From Candidatus Poribacteria bacterium (GTDB lineage: Bacteria; Poribacteria; WGA-4E; WGA-3G): DNA of 64,000 nt. Positions 47,001 to 56,001 of the stretch are shown here, piece by piece (within the stretch, counting starts at the first letter, position 1; every line of letters starts with the position of its first letter). The notes under the pieces were generated by a model, which did no database searches, was not told the origin of the DNA, and saw nothing but the letters and a program-made list of their open reading frames with translations. Location: contig OZ251998.1 of the NCBI GenBank assembly GCA_965246985.1, forward strand, positions 4,191,381 to 4,255,380, given 5' to 3'. Position numbers and translations under genes: made by a program.

Positions 47001-48356
47001 TTAACGTATTGAGGAAACGTTAAAGTCAGGATAGGCACTTGCGCCGTGTTCTTCGTAGTCAAGTCCAGCTTGTTCTTCTTCTTCCGTAACTCGCAAGCCT
47101 GTAACGGCTTTGATGCCGTAGAAGAGAGCAAAGCCAGTAATGAGACACCATACGAAAACAGCGAGGACACCGACGATCTGTGCCCAAAGGAAGCCGAATC
47201 CTCCACCGTAGAAAACGCCGAGAGCCGGCTCGCCCAATTCATGGAAGAATCCAAGGAGGATCGTGCCTAATGCACCGCACGTACCGTGAACGGAGATTGC
47301 ACCAACTGGATCGTCAATTTTCAGACGTTCTAAGAGGAGCACACTCAGGACAACCACAACGCCGCCGATAGCGCCGATAATAGCAGCGGATCTCGGACTC
47401 ACAAATGCACAACCGGCGGTAATAGCGACCAAGCCAGCGAGCGCACCGTTGAGTGACATACCGGCATCAGGTTTGCCGAGGAATATCCACGCAGTAATCA
47501 TAGCCGTGATAGCACCTGCAGCGGCTGCAAGGTTCGTTGTTACAGCAATGTGAGAAATTGGGGCGGCATCTGCCCCCATCTGGCTACCGGGGTTAAATCC
47601 GAACCAACCGAGCCACAAGATAAAGACACCGAGCGCAGCAAGTGGGAGGTTATGTCCGGCAATCGGCCGGGGTTTCCCTTCACCATCGTATTTGCCAATG
47701 CGGGGACCTAAAACGATGGCACCTGTGAGTGCAAGCCAACCACCTGTTGAATGGACAACTGTTGAACCGGCAAAATCAAGCATACCAGCACCGAAACTTG
47801 CCAACCAACCGCCACCCCAAATCCAGTGTCCAACAACCGGATAGATGATACCGGTGATAAAAACGCTGTAAATCAGATAACTTTTGAACTGTGTACGCTC
47901 AGCCATTGCACCAGAGACGATCGTCGCGGCGGTAGCGGCGAATACAAGCTGGAAGAGCCATGCGGCGTGCGTCGGCACGGAACTCCACTCCAATGAAGCA
48001 AACGCTGTGGAATCCGTTGGAACAAACCATCCACTCGTTCCCATGAATAAGTTGCCGGTACCAAACATAATGGCAAAACCGATCGCCCAATAAGCGATCG
48101 AACCCAGTGAGAAGTCCATCAAGTTTTTCATGAGAATGTTGACAGCGTTCTTAGCACGTGTGAATCCAGCTTCCACCATAGCGAACCCTGCTTGCATAAA
48201 GAAAACGAGAAATGCAGCAACCAGTACCCACAATGTATCCGCCATATACTTTGCATCAGAAACCTTCTCACCCTCAACCGATCCATTTAGGGCAAAAACG
48301 TTCAGGCTCAGCAGACAAGTGAGCACAAAAACTGTTATGATAACCTTTTTCTTCAT
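47001..48356 (-). CDS. amt: ammonium transporter (Amt family), second paralog
   Basis: MLDFAGSTVVHSTGG signature. Signal peptide MKKKVIITVFVLTCLLSLNVFA. RBS AAGGAGAT. Confidence 0.9.
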   Translation of the reverse strand: MKKKVIITVFVLTCLLSLNVFALNGSVEGEKVSDAKYMADTLWVLVAAFLVFFMQAGFAMVEAGFTRAKNAVNILMKNLMDFSLGSIAYWAIGFAIMFGTGNLFMGTSGWFVPTDSTAFASLEWSSVPTHAAWLFQLVFAATAATIVSGAMAERTQFKSYLIYSVFITGIIYPVVGHWIWGGGWLASFGAGMLDFAGSTVVHSTGGWLALTGAIVLGPRIGKYDGEGKPRPIAGHNLPLAALGVFILWLGWFGFNPGSQMGADAAPISHIAVTTNLAAAAGAITAMITAWIFLGKPDAGMSLNGALAGLVAITAGCAFVSPRSAAIIGAIGGVVVVLSVLLLERLKIDDPVGAISVHGTCGALGTILLGFFHELGEPALGVFYGGGFGFLWAQIVGVLAVFVWCLITGFALFYGIKAVTGLRVTEEEEQAGLDYEEHGASAYPDFNVSSIR

Positions 48357-48540
48357 TTGAAATATCTCCTTTGTGTCAATTCATCCTTAAAACTGTCGCT
48401 TTGCGAACGGCGGAGGCAGGATTTGGACATTCACGAGATCCGCCTGAATCTACCGTTGAGGGATAGGGATGTTCATCGCGAACCACAAGCATTTGCGCTG
48501 CTCTCGGTTCGCGACAATAGCGACCTGTCTTATAGACCTC

Positions 48541-49269
48541 TTACCACGTACGGACGAAAGTCATTCTGCCAGTAAGTCCTGTTTCGTCGTCACCCTTTTG
48601 GGTTTCAAATCCGACAAAGACACCGAGGGTGTTATTCTCGCCGTAGCCGACATTTGCGCGGCCACCGACAACCATACTCCCTAATCCACCATCATCGCCT
48701 AAATCAAGCGTCACTTCGACCTGTGGACCAACAGAAAGTGTATCATTCAGCGATAGGAGCACAAAATTACGAGTGTAGAGCGAATCACCTGCTTCTTCAT
48801 CAAACATAGAATTGAAGAAACCCTGTATCCATGACTCAAAATAGATGGAACCCGCGGTGAGATAGGTAAACAGCTGCGGCGCAATCAAAGAAGAGGGACC
48901 GTTCGCAGCGGCGTAGTCAAACCCAATACCTACCATAGGAAGGAAACTAAGGGACAATGAATCACTATCAACGACTGGAATGCCAAGACCGATGTCTAAC
49001 TCACCGAAAGTATCAACAACATAAATATCGGTATCCAAAGAGATACCACCGAGGAAACTTGGGGAATGGCTCGCACCAACCCAAATCTGCGTTCCCAAAC
49101 TATCTGTATCCGTACGGAACCATCCGGAAGCTCCTGATGACTCTTCTTCTGCCATCTCCATCTCTTCACCCATCTCATGCGAATCTGCGTAAACCATGGG
49201 GATACTGCCAACTGCAAAAATACAGACCATTACTAACAAACGAACCAACCAAAATGTATGCGTCTTCAT
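48541..49269 (-). CDS. small secreted outer-membrane beta-barrel-like protein
   Basis: Signal peptide. Acidic N-terminal segment. Alternating amphipathic beta-strand pattern. Ends with the aromatic ...FVRTW. Lies upstream of the two amt genes on the same strand. Confidence 0.5.
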   Translation of the reverse strand: MKTHTFWLVRLLVMVCIFAVGSIPMVYADSHEMGEEMEMAEEESSGASGWFRTDTDSLGTQIWVGASHSPSFLGGISLDTDIYVVDTFGELDIGLGIPVVDSDSLSLSFLPMVGIGFDYAAANGPSSLIAPQLFTYLTAGSIYFESWIQGFFNSMFDEEAGDSLYTRNFVLLSLNDTLSVGPQVEVTLDLGDDGGLGSMVVGGRANVGYGENNTLGVFVGFETQKGDDETGLTGRMTFVRTW

Positions 49270-49620
49270 TATTTTACCTCTTGGGGTTTTACTCCGATTT
49301 TTCCGTTTTGATCAGCAACTCGTGCCTTTCTCTATTATGTTCGGTGTCGAGTTGCTGGTTAAAAAATCGGATTTCGGGTTAATTCTAACGTTGCACCTGC
49401 TAATTAAGATTTAAAGTGCCGGTAAGGAATGTCCGTCGGACATTCCGACTGCTAATTGAGGATTGTTGTTAAAAGCACTCTGATTATTTAACACTTGGTG
49501 CCCCGTTCAAAAGCCTTATGCGCGTCTAAAACGCGCCTACGGGTTTACGTAAAATTTAAGCAACGTACAATCACGGTGCAATAATGCCAATCTGAAGCTT
49601 TCATAGAGTAAAGAGGTCGC

Positions 49621-49649
49621 TTGACTCTGACATCAACTTGTGATATAGT
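49621..49649 (+). promoter_or_regulatory. sigma70-like promoter candidate with about 300-nt leader toward 49948
   Basis: TTGACT, 17-bp spacer, TATAGT. Preceded by the palindromes GGAATGTCCGTCGGACATTCC (49427-49447) and GCGCGTCTAAAACGCGC (49519-49535). Confidence 0.3.
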
Positions 49650-49947
49650 GATTTCCGCCTGCAAACGGCAGACTTTCACCAATGCTTACTTCGCACCTGT
49701 TTTCGTTTAAAGCAAGACGCGTGCCAATTGCGTTTTCATGCAGATATTACTGCGACTACAAGCTGATGAGAGAAAATCCAATACTATCTTGCAAGAGGAG
49801 CATAAAACCCATAAGTGCTGGACAAATACACGGTTTCACCAACCGAAAAAAGGATCCATGTTATAAAATTATTTATAGGTGATTGTGGAGAGAGCAGACA
49901 CAATCGATAGATGTTCGCGATATCGAAGAGACAGGTTTGTAATAAAA

Positions 49948-51354
49948 ATGCTGAAATTTTCAACAAAAGATTGCCCAAAAAAGAGGCAAATCGTGCTTTT
50001 GAGTGTCGTTGCGATATTTGGAACAGCACTTCGCTTTTGGAACTTGGGACAATGGAGTTTCTGGATTGATGAGGTCTTTACAGTCAGAGATGCACAAAGC
50101 CTCTCGCTTAACAATTGGCAGTCTATCCCGAACCCTATCCCTTACCTTGCGGTGAAGTTATCAATTCTGATCGCTGGAAATAGCGAATGGGGAAGTCGCC
50201 TAATTCCTTGCATAGCTGGGATTGCCTCTATTCCCGCTGTTTTTGGGTTAGGGCGGACACTGTTCAATTGGCGGGTTGGACTTCTCAGCAGTACATTTGT
50301 GGCATGCGCAAGTTGGCATCTGTTTTGGGCACAGAATGCGCGTTATCCCGTCTTCACCTTTCTGTTTGCGGTCCTGACAGCCTGGTTTTTCTATTTGTCT
50401 ATTGAACGCGATTCGATACTTTTGGCAATAGGGGCACTCGTCTGTTGCTTCTGTCTAATTCTCTCGCATACGCTTTCGGTTGTAATTGTTCCGGCGTTAG
50501 CTGCTTATGCTGTGATCTGCCTCTTAGAAAAATCGGATCGGAAACGGTGGATAAATCTGCTTATCTTCTTTATTCCGTTTGCGATGCCGGTGTTGGCACT
50601 GATGCTTCCACAAGTTCGTGATTATATCTTCTCTGGCTGGGGACGCAACGAATGGCAGCGGAGTCCGCTCTATATCGTGCTAACGCTTGTCGACGGGGTA
50701 AGTGTTCCCATAGCCGTTGCTGCGTTTTTCGGCTTTGTTGCGATGTCATCCAACAAATCGACACGCTTTTTACTCTGCTACGCGGGTGTCCCGCTGGCAC
50801 TCTTTCTCGTGGCATCGCAGTTTCAAAACGTCGCTGGTTATTACTTATTCTGGACAACTCCTGCCTATTTCATTCTCGCGGGCGTTGCATGCGAACAAGT
50901 GTGGAAGGCAATAAACGATAGATATAGCAGAATGCTCGGTATACTCGTGCCGTGTGTATTAGTGGTAACGCTACTCTCACAGAATTATCTCTACTTTAGC
51001 ATCGAAAACGGTGGGCGACCGAAATGGCGGGAAGCGTTTGAAACTATCAAGGCAGAGAAACAACCTAACGACAAAGTGGTACTTTCCGAACCTGAGATGG
51101 GTAAGTACTATCTTCCAGAATCAACACCTATTTACATCGGTGAGTTGCTAGACAATCCGGAAGCGTTTGAAAAAGCGTGGGAAAATTCGGGGAAAGATCG
51201 GTTATGGTTCGTAGTGGATGTGGCGAGTTTTAACGTCTTCGACGGAAATGAAAATGTCCGCAGTTGGATTCGCCAACGCGGACATCTCATAAAAACACTG
51301 CCTGCCTTTTCACGTGCAAAAGACAGGACAATTCACGTTTATCTATTGCAGTAG
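49948..51354 (+). CDS. GT39/GT83-type (ArnT/PMT-like) membrane glycosyltransferase
   Basis: FWIDE motif in the first periplasmic loop and more than 10 TM helices. Start uncertain (the ORF is open from 49879). Confidence 0.65.
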   Translation: MLKFSTKDCPKKRQIVLLSVVAIFGTALRFWNLGQWSFWIDEVFTVRDAQSLSLNNWQSIPNPIPYLAVKLSILIAGNSEWGSRLIPCIAGIASIPAVFGLGRTLFNWRVGLLSSTFVACASWHLFWAQNARYPVFTFLFAVLTAWFFYLSIERDSILLAIGALVCCFCLILSHTLSVVIVPALAAYAVICLLEKSDRKRWINLLIFFIPFAMPVLALMLPQVRDYIFSGWGRNEWQRSPLYIVLTLVDGVSVPIAVAAFFGFVAMSSNKSTRFLLCYAGVPLALFLVASQFQNVAGYYLFWTTPAYFILAGVACEQVWKAINDRYSRMLGILVPCVLVVTLLSQNYLYFSIENGGRPKWREAFETIKAEKQPNDKVVLSEPEMGKYYLPESTPIYIGELLDNPEAFEKAWENSGKDRLWFVVDVASFNVFDGNENVRSWIRQRGHLIKTLPAFSRAKDRTIHVYLLQ

Positions 51355-51412
51355 AATACAGCAAACAGGCAGATACATTTCTACCATAAATGAAACGGCT
51401 ATGGGACCCGCA

Positions 51413-53617
51413 TTATATGCCAAACGTATTCGTATACTTTAGTAACACTGTGCGTCCCCTCGTCAGCAATTTTCTTGGTACTTTATCTTCTCTGTCCGTG
51501 TTGAGATTTTCATTGTAAACCAGCCATAGGTCATTCCCCTCACGGAAGTTATATCGAAACCGAATATTTGTTGAGAACCGATCATTAGCACTATTGTATT
51601 GCACAAATGCATTCAGAGAGACTTGCGTGTTAAATGCGACCCGTGTACGCAGCCGCATCACATGTGCGTTAAACCTCTGATTTCGGTTGGGGAAACGTAC
51701 GACGTTGACTTCATACTCACTATTCACCTCCAAATGTCGGGACACATTCCAGGTTGGTTTAACCTTGTATTCAAGTCGCCATCCATCAAAAAACCCGCCG
51801 ACAGACCAATCGAAATCAGTCCGGAATAATTTCCTATTGGGCATCTCAAATCCACCCTTAATCTCGAAAGAGGTGTAGCTGCCTGCTGGAACCACCGTAT
51901 CCTTCGGAAAATCTTCATCTTCGGTGAGATCTTCGTAGTCCATTTGAAAGTCCATTGACACGGCTGCCCCAGACTTCCACTCCAGATCGATATCATAGTC
52001 AAGCTGCGCGGATTCCACAGATTGATCTTCATTACGGAAGACAATGAATCCTGCAAACTGTAACGGACTGACCTGTCTAATAGAGGTTCCTTTTTTCATG
52101 AGCCAATCATAACGAGCACTCCACTGCAGTTGCGTGAAATCTTTCCGACTTGTATATCCAATTCCGGGCAAAAAGTCTTTGCCCCTCCGAGCTGCGAGGA
52201 GTTCATAATCAAATCCAACATCGGTGCGTCGGGTGAGTTCTGCGAGAAACATCGCTGTATCCAAAAAATTGAGTGCCTGCTTTTGAATGACTTGATCCTC
52301 AAAAGTTTGCCCCCATTTAAGGGTTAAATATTCTTTCCCAAAAAGCCGAAAAATACCGTCAAGTCCGTATGCGAAGTTGTAATTTCCTTCCTCGTCAATA
52401 CGGTTTGTTACCATAACACCGGCGTAGGAATATGGATTCAGAACTTGCCGACGTAGCCGTAGTACTCCGAAGTTTTCTCTCAGGATGTCTTCCTTACGTG
52501 CGGTTTGCATGTCAAGAAAACCAAGATCCCAATTTCCAATACGTCCGACGAGTCTCGTCCCGCCAATGATGGGAATTTGTTCACCGTCCTCGATACCGAT
52601 TCGGCGACTATGAAAAAGTCGAGCGCGACCAATGAAATTGAAGGCGAAAATCCCAGAACGTTCTTGAAAAAATTGCCGTTTCTCTGGAAAGAAGAGCGAG
52701 AATCGGCTTAAATTAACTTGCTGCTCATCAGCTTCTGCTTGAGCAAAGTCAGGGTTTAGTGTTGTATCCAAGGTGAGGTTGCTGGTGACATTATATTTAA
52801 TGTCAAGCCCAGCATTTCTCGTCAACGCATTTTCGAGATGATAGGCGGTCTTAGCATCGTTTAACGTAGGTGTTTGTTCGAGGCCCGCAATGGCATAAGG
52901 CGTAAAGTAAATTGGTTTTTGACTGTAAACCTGATTTAAAACGATAGGATGCGCTCGAGATGGCGTATCAATACCGCGTTCCGGAGACAAGTCTGGAAAA
53001 ACAATTCGCTCATTTTTTCGGGCAATATTTCGATAAGCGATTAATCCCATGGTCACCCGACCTTCTTTATCCTGAAAACCCAAGCTGGAGAACGGAATTC
53101 GCATCTCAACGAACCAACCCTTTTCATCCTGAACCGTGGCGACATCCCAATAGGTATCCCAGTTCTTATTATCGGATTTGCCATCATTATAGACAGCTTC
53201 ATCGCCGCGAATACCAGCTGGTGTCGTCCAAAATGACAGGGCACTTTTCTTGTCATTGAAGGTATCAAGAATGATTCCAAATTTATCATCCTTGCTCGAC
53301 CTATCCCTATAGAGAGAGTTCACACGAATCTCGGAAGGGTCAGTATCATAACACCGCGCTGAGCAGTAAAGATAATCCTTATCATAAGCAATTCTGATCT
53401 CAGTTCTCTCGGTGGGTTCACCTTGATAAGTGGGTTTGTACATGATCACGGGGAGTGGTTCAATCCTCTGCCATCCCGGTTCATCGCTCAGACCATCAAT
53501 TTGGATAGGCTCTGTCAAGTAGGTTAATGAGAGGGGTTCTTGGGCGTTTGTGGCATTCACAGAGAAAGCAAGGATTAAGATCACACATGCTATAGCAGAC
53601 TTTAACGGGTATATCAT
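51413..53617 (-). CDS. secreted protein with N-terminal CBM9-like domain and DUF5916-like beta-barrel
   Basis: Signal peptide. PIQIDGLSDEPGWQRIEPLPV resembles a CBM9-like module. Long beta-rich C-terminal region. Confidence 0.5.
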   Translation of the reverse strand: MIYPLKSAIACVILILAFSVNATNAQEPLSLTYLTEPIQIDGLSDEPGWQRIEPLPVIMYKPTYQGEPTERTEIRIAYDKDYLYCSARCYDTDPSEIRVNSLYRDRSSKDDKFGIILDTFNDKKSALSFWTTPAGIRGDEAVYNDGKSDNKNWDTYWDVATVQDEKGWFVEMRIPFSSLGFQDKEGRVTMGLIAYRNIARKNERIVFPDLSPERGIDTPSRAHPIVLNQVYSQKPIYFTPYAIAGLEQTPTLNDAKTAYHLENALTRNAGLDIKYNVTSNLTLDTTLNPDFAQAEADEQQVNLSRFSLFFPEKRQFFQERSGIFAFNFIGRARLFHSRRIGIEDGEQIPIIGGTRLVGRIGNWDLGFLDMQTARKEDILRENFGVLRLRRQVLNPYSYAGVMVTNRIDEEGNYNFAYGLDGIFRLFGKEYLTLKWGQTFEDQVIQKQALNFLDTAMFLAELTRRTDVGFDYELLAARRGKDFLPGIGYTSRKDFTQLQWSARYDWLMKKGTSIRQVSPLQFAGFIVFRNEDQSVESAQLDYDIDLEWKSGAAVSMDFQMDYEDLTEDEDFPKDTVVPAGSYTSFEIKGGFEMPNRKLFRTDFDWSVGGFFDGWRLEYKVKPTWNVSRHLEVNSEYEVNVVRFPNRNQRFNAHVMRLRTRVAFNTQVSLNAFVQYNSANDRFSTNIRFRYNFREGNDLWLVYNENLNTDREDKVPRKLLTRGRTVLLKYTNTFGI

Positions 53618-53684
53618 TTTTCCTTTCAACGCATTGAGATTTACCGCTGTGATAAACCTATAGAAATCCGCATATCCTAAGTAT

Positions 53685-53974
53685 CTAAGCGAAGTTTAGG
53701 ATAAGTAAGTTGGTTAGGTTCGGTCTTCTTGCTTCCACGATTCCAACCTTCCATTGGAGGATGGTGCTGGGTGAAGCGCGAAGGATTTTTGCAATCGCAT
53801 TCATGGGAAAGCCCATGGCAATAGAGAAAAACAGCGAGTGCCTGCTCAGTGATCGGTCTCCCTCGGTGTGTTTTCTCTCCATTGATCGTGGCATTCTTTA
53901 CACTTATAACGCTGTTTTTCGTTGACGAACCCATTTTTGACGAAGTGTACGTGTTGACATTTTGGACAACTCAT
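53685..53974 (-). pseudogene. IS1-family insA-like remnant (zinc finger plus HTH) with frameshifts, no insB
   Basis: MSCPKCQHVHFVKNGFVNEKQRYKCKECHDQW is a C-x2-C...C-x2-C zinc ribbon. In shifted frames it is followed by GRPITEQALAVFLYCHGLS and MNAIAKILRASPSTILQW, an HTH as in IS1 InsA. Confidence 0.55.
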
Positions 53975-53997
53975 CGTGCGTTCCTTGTGAAGTTATA

Positions 53998-55146
53998 CCA
54001 TATTAACGCGACTATTCTTGTGTATATTTTTTAGATATGTTATTGTGAAGAGATGAAAAAGCAAAAACATGAGGTTTTCCCCCACTTTTCAGTAGAAGTT
54101 GTTAAACAAAGGTATCTTGAATGTGAATGTCTTCGGGAACGGACGCACTGGCATATTATTTGGCTCCTTGCGGATACCAGAGATTCACGCACCCCCCGGC
54201 AAGTCGCTGAGATTGTAGGATGCACGCCGGACTGGGTTCGCAAGTTGCTCAAACGCTATAATGCTGAAGGCGAAGCCGCTTTGCGAGATAAACGCAAAAA
54301 TAATACAGGTGTGCGTTTTTTGGATGAAACACAGCAAGCCGCCCTTGCAGCTGCCCTTTCTGCGCCTCCTGGTGATGGGGGTCTTTGGACGGGTCCGAAA
54401 GTGGCTGCGTGGATATCTGAGACACTCCAGCGTCGTGTCAGTGACGTGTCAGGTTGGAAATATCTCAAACGTCTCGGTTATACTTTACAAACACCTCGTC
54501 CGCAACATCAGGCAGCCGCAACACCCGAGGCACAGCAAACATTTAAAAAAAAACTCAAGGAGCGGGTAGCTACGCTTGAAAGTCAGCACCCAGAGAAACC
54601 GGTAGAGATCTGGGCAGAAGACGAGACGCGCTTGGGATTATTGCCGGTTCATCGGCGTGTCTGGGCGAAGCGAGGTGAAAGACCGATAGCCCCCGTGTGT
54701 CCGGCATATAAGTGGTTTTATGGTTTCGGTTTTGTCCGTCCACAGACAGGTGAGACCTATTGGCTGCTGATGCCGAGTGTGAGTGTTGAAGTCATGAACC
54801 TTGCCTTGGCAGAGTTTGCGCGTGATGTGAACCCGGAAGGCAAGAAACAGATAATCCTTTTGTTAGATCGTGCCGGTTTTCACACGGGTAAGGATTTAGA
54901 AGTCCCAGAAGGGATTGAGTTATTTCATTTGCCCCCGTACACACCAGAACTTCAACCTGCCGAACGGCTCTGGCCTTTGTTGCGAGAGGTGGTTGTGAAT
55001 AAAGTTTTTACAACGCTCTCAGCACTTGAAGAAGCCGTTGTGAAAAGGTGTCAATGGTTCTCTGAAAACACAAAGAAGGTGCAGGCACATGTCGGTTTTC
55101 TGTGGATTTGCAAAATGGAAAAATAATACAAATCACGTTAATTTGG
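53998..55146 (+). mobile_element. IS630-family insertion sequence #2, the probable parent of the M91 MITEs
   Basis: Termini CCATATTAACG... and ...CGTTAATTTGG flanked by TA on both sides. The ends ATACCA(T/A)ATTAAC are the same as the MITE ends ATACCAAATTAAC / GTTAATTTGGTAT. Confidence 0.75.
54053..55126 (+). CDS. IS630-family transposase
   Basis: HTH N-terminus and DDE domain (WAEDETRLGL, LLLDRAGFH, LPPYTPELQPAERLW). Confidence 0.85.
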   Translation: MKKQKHEVFPHFSVEVVKQRYLECECLRERTHWHIIWLLADTRDSRTPRQVAEIVGCTPDWVRKLLKRYNAEGEAALRDKRKNNTGVRFLDETQQAALAAALSAPPGDGGLWTGPKVAAWISETLQRRVSDVSGWKYLKRLGYTLQTPRPQHQAAATPEAQQTFKKKLKERVATLESQHPEKPVEIWAEDETRLGLLPVHRRVWAKRGERPIAPVCPAYKWFYGFGFVRPQTGETYWLLMPSVSVEVMNLALAEFARDVNPEGKKQIILLLDRAGFHTGKDLEVPEGIELFHLPPYTPELQPAERLWPLLREVVVNKVFTTLSALEEAVVKRCQWFSENTKKVQAHVGFLWICKMEK

Positions 55147-55547
55147 TATTAGATAAACTTTTGATAAGGATACCGTATCTATCTCTGTTCGTCAAGGAAA
55201 ATCAGTCTGATTCTCCCTGACAGTTTTCGCAAACGTGTGATACTTTTGAAAACTGAACAATGATGGGACAGTATCGTTAGGATGGATTGTCAAACCATCA
55301 TTATTTAACCGAAAACCCTCTTTTATTAGCTGTGATCCTTCTGATTGGTTGGTTTTTCTATCGGGCTGGCAGCGTTTGTTTCTACACTGACAACTCGAGA
55401 AGAAGATACTTTTGTGTAGATGCAGCTTTCTGGGTCCCATCTATCCTCGTCTCTATTGTGGATATTCTACTGATTGCTATGTGTATCTCAACTTCGTAAT
55501 AGCAGGCATTTTCAAACCTTCCTATCCTGAAAATTCTTTAATCCTCA

Positions 55548-55675
55548 GGACTTACGCAATGGACGTTCGTCTCGACTATGTTCCGCAGGGACCCCGTGCC
55601 CTGCGTGCGTTCATGTCTGGATGGGCACGAAAGCCGAAGCCATCCATCCCAACAGCGTTTTGATGCGTAAGTCCT
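55548..55675. repeat. MITE-like element family D, copy 2
   Basis: Perfect 12-bp terminal inverted repeats AGGACTTACGCA / TGCGTAAGTCCT. Internal GCAGGGACCCCGTGCCCTGC hairpin. Confidence 0.55.
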
Positions 55676-55857
55676 AATCCTATAAATCCTGATTCAGACA
55701 GATTAGCCATCAGCAGTCAGTCATCGGCAATCAGCACTCAAAGGTTTCCGTGTATCAGTCACCGCTGACAACTGATAACTGAATTCCGCTGTCAATTTCC
55801 TTATTGCCGTTTTCTTGACAATCAATTATACTTAATCTAAGTTTGATATAAGGTCTA

Positions 55858-55948
55858 ATACCAAATTAACCCAATTTGTAGCGCGAGGTCCCTGTGCCTC
55901 GCAATGCTGACTTGATCAAAAGACTTCTAATCACGTTAATTGGGTATA
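55858..55948 (+). repeat. M91 MITE, solo copy 54 bp upstream of the sulfatase start
   Basis: ATACCAAATTAACCCAATTTGTAGCGCGAGGTCCCTGTGCCTCGCAATGCTGACTTGATCAAAAGACTTCTAATCACGTTAATTGGGTATA. Confidence 0.85.
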
Positions 55949-56001
55949 AGTTATACATAAGTTTCCGGACCTACCGGACTAAGAAACTGATAAGGAATAA
56001 T

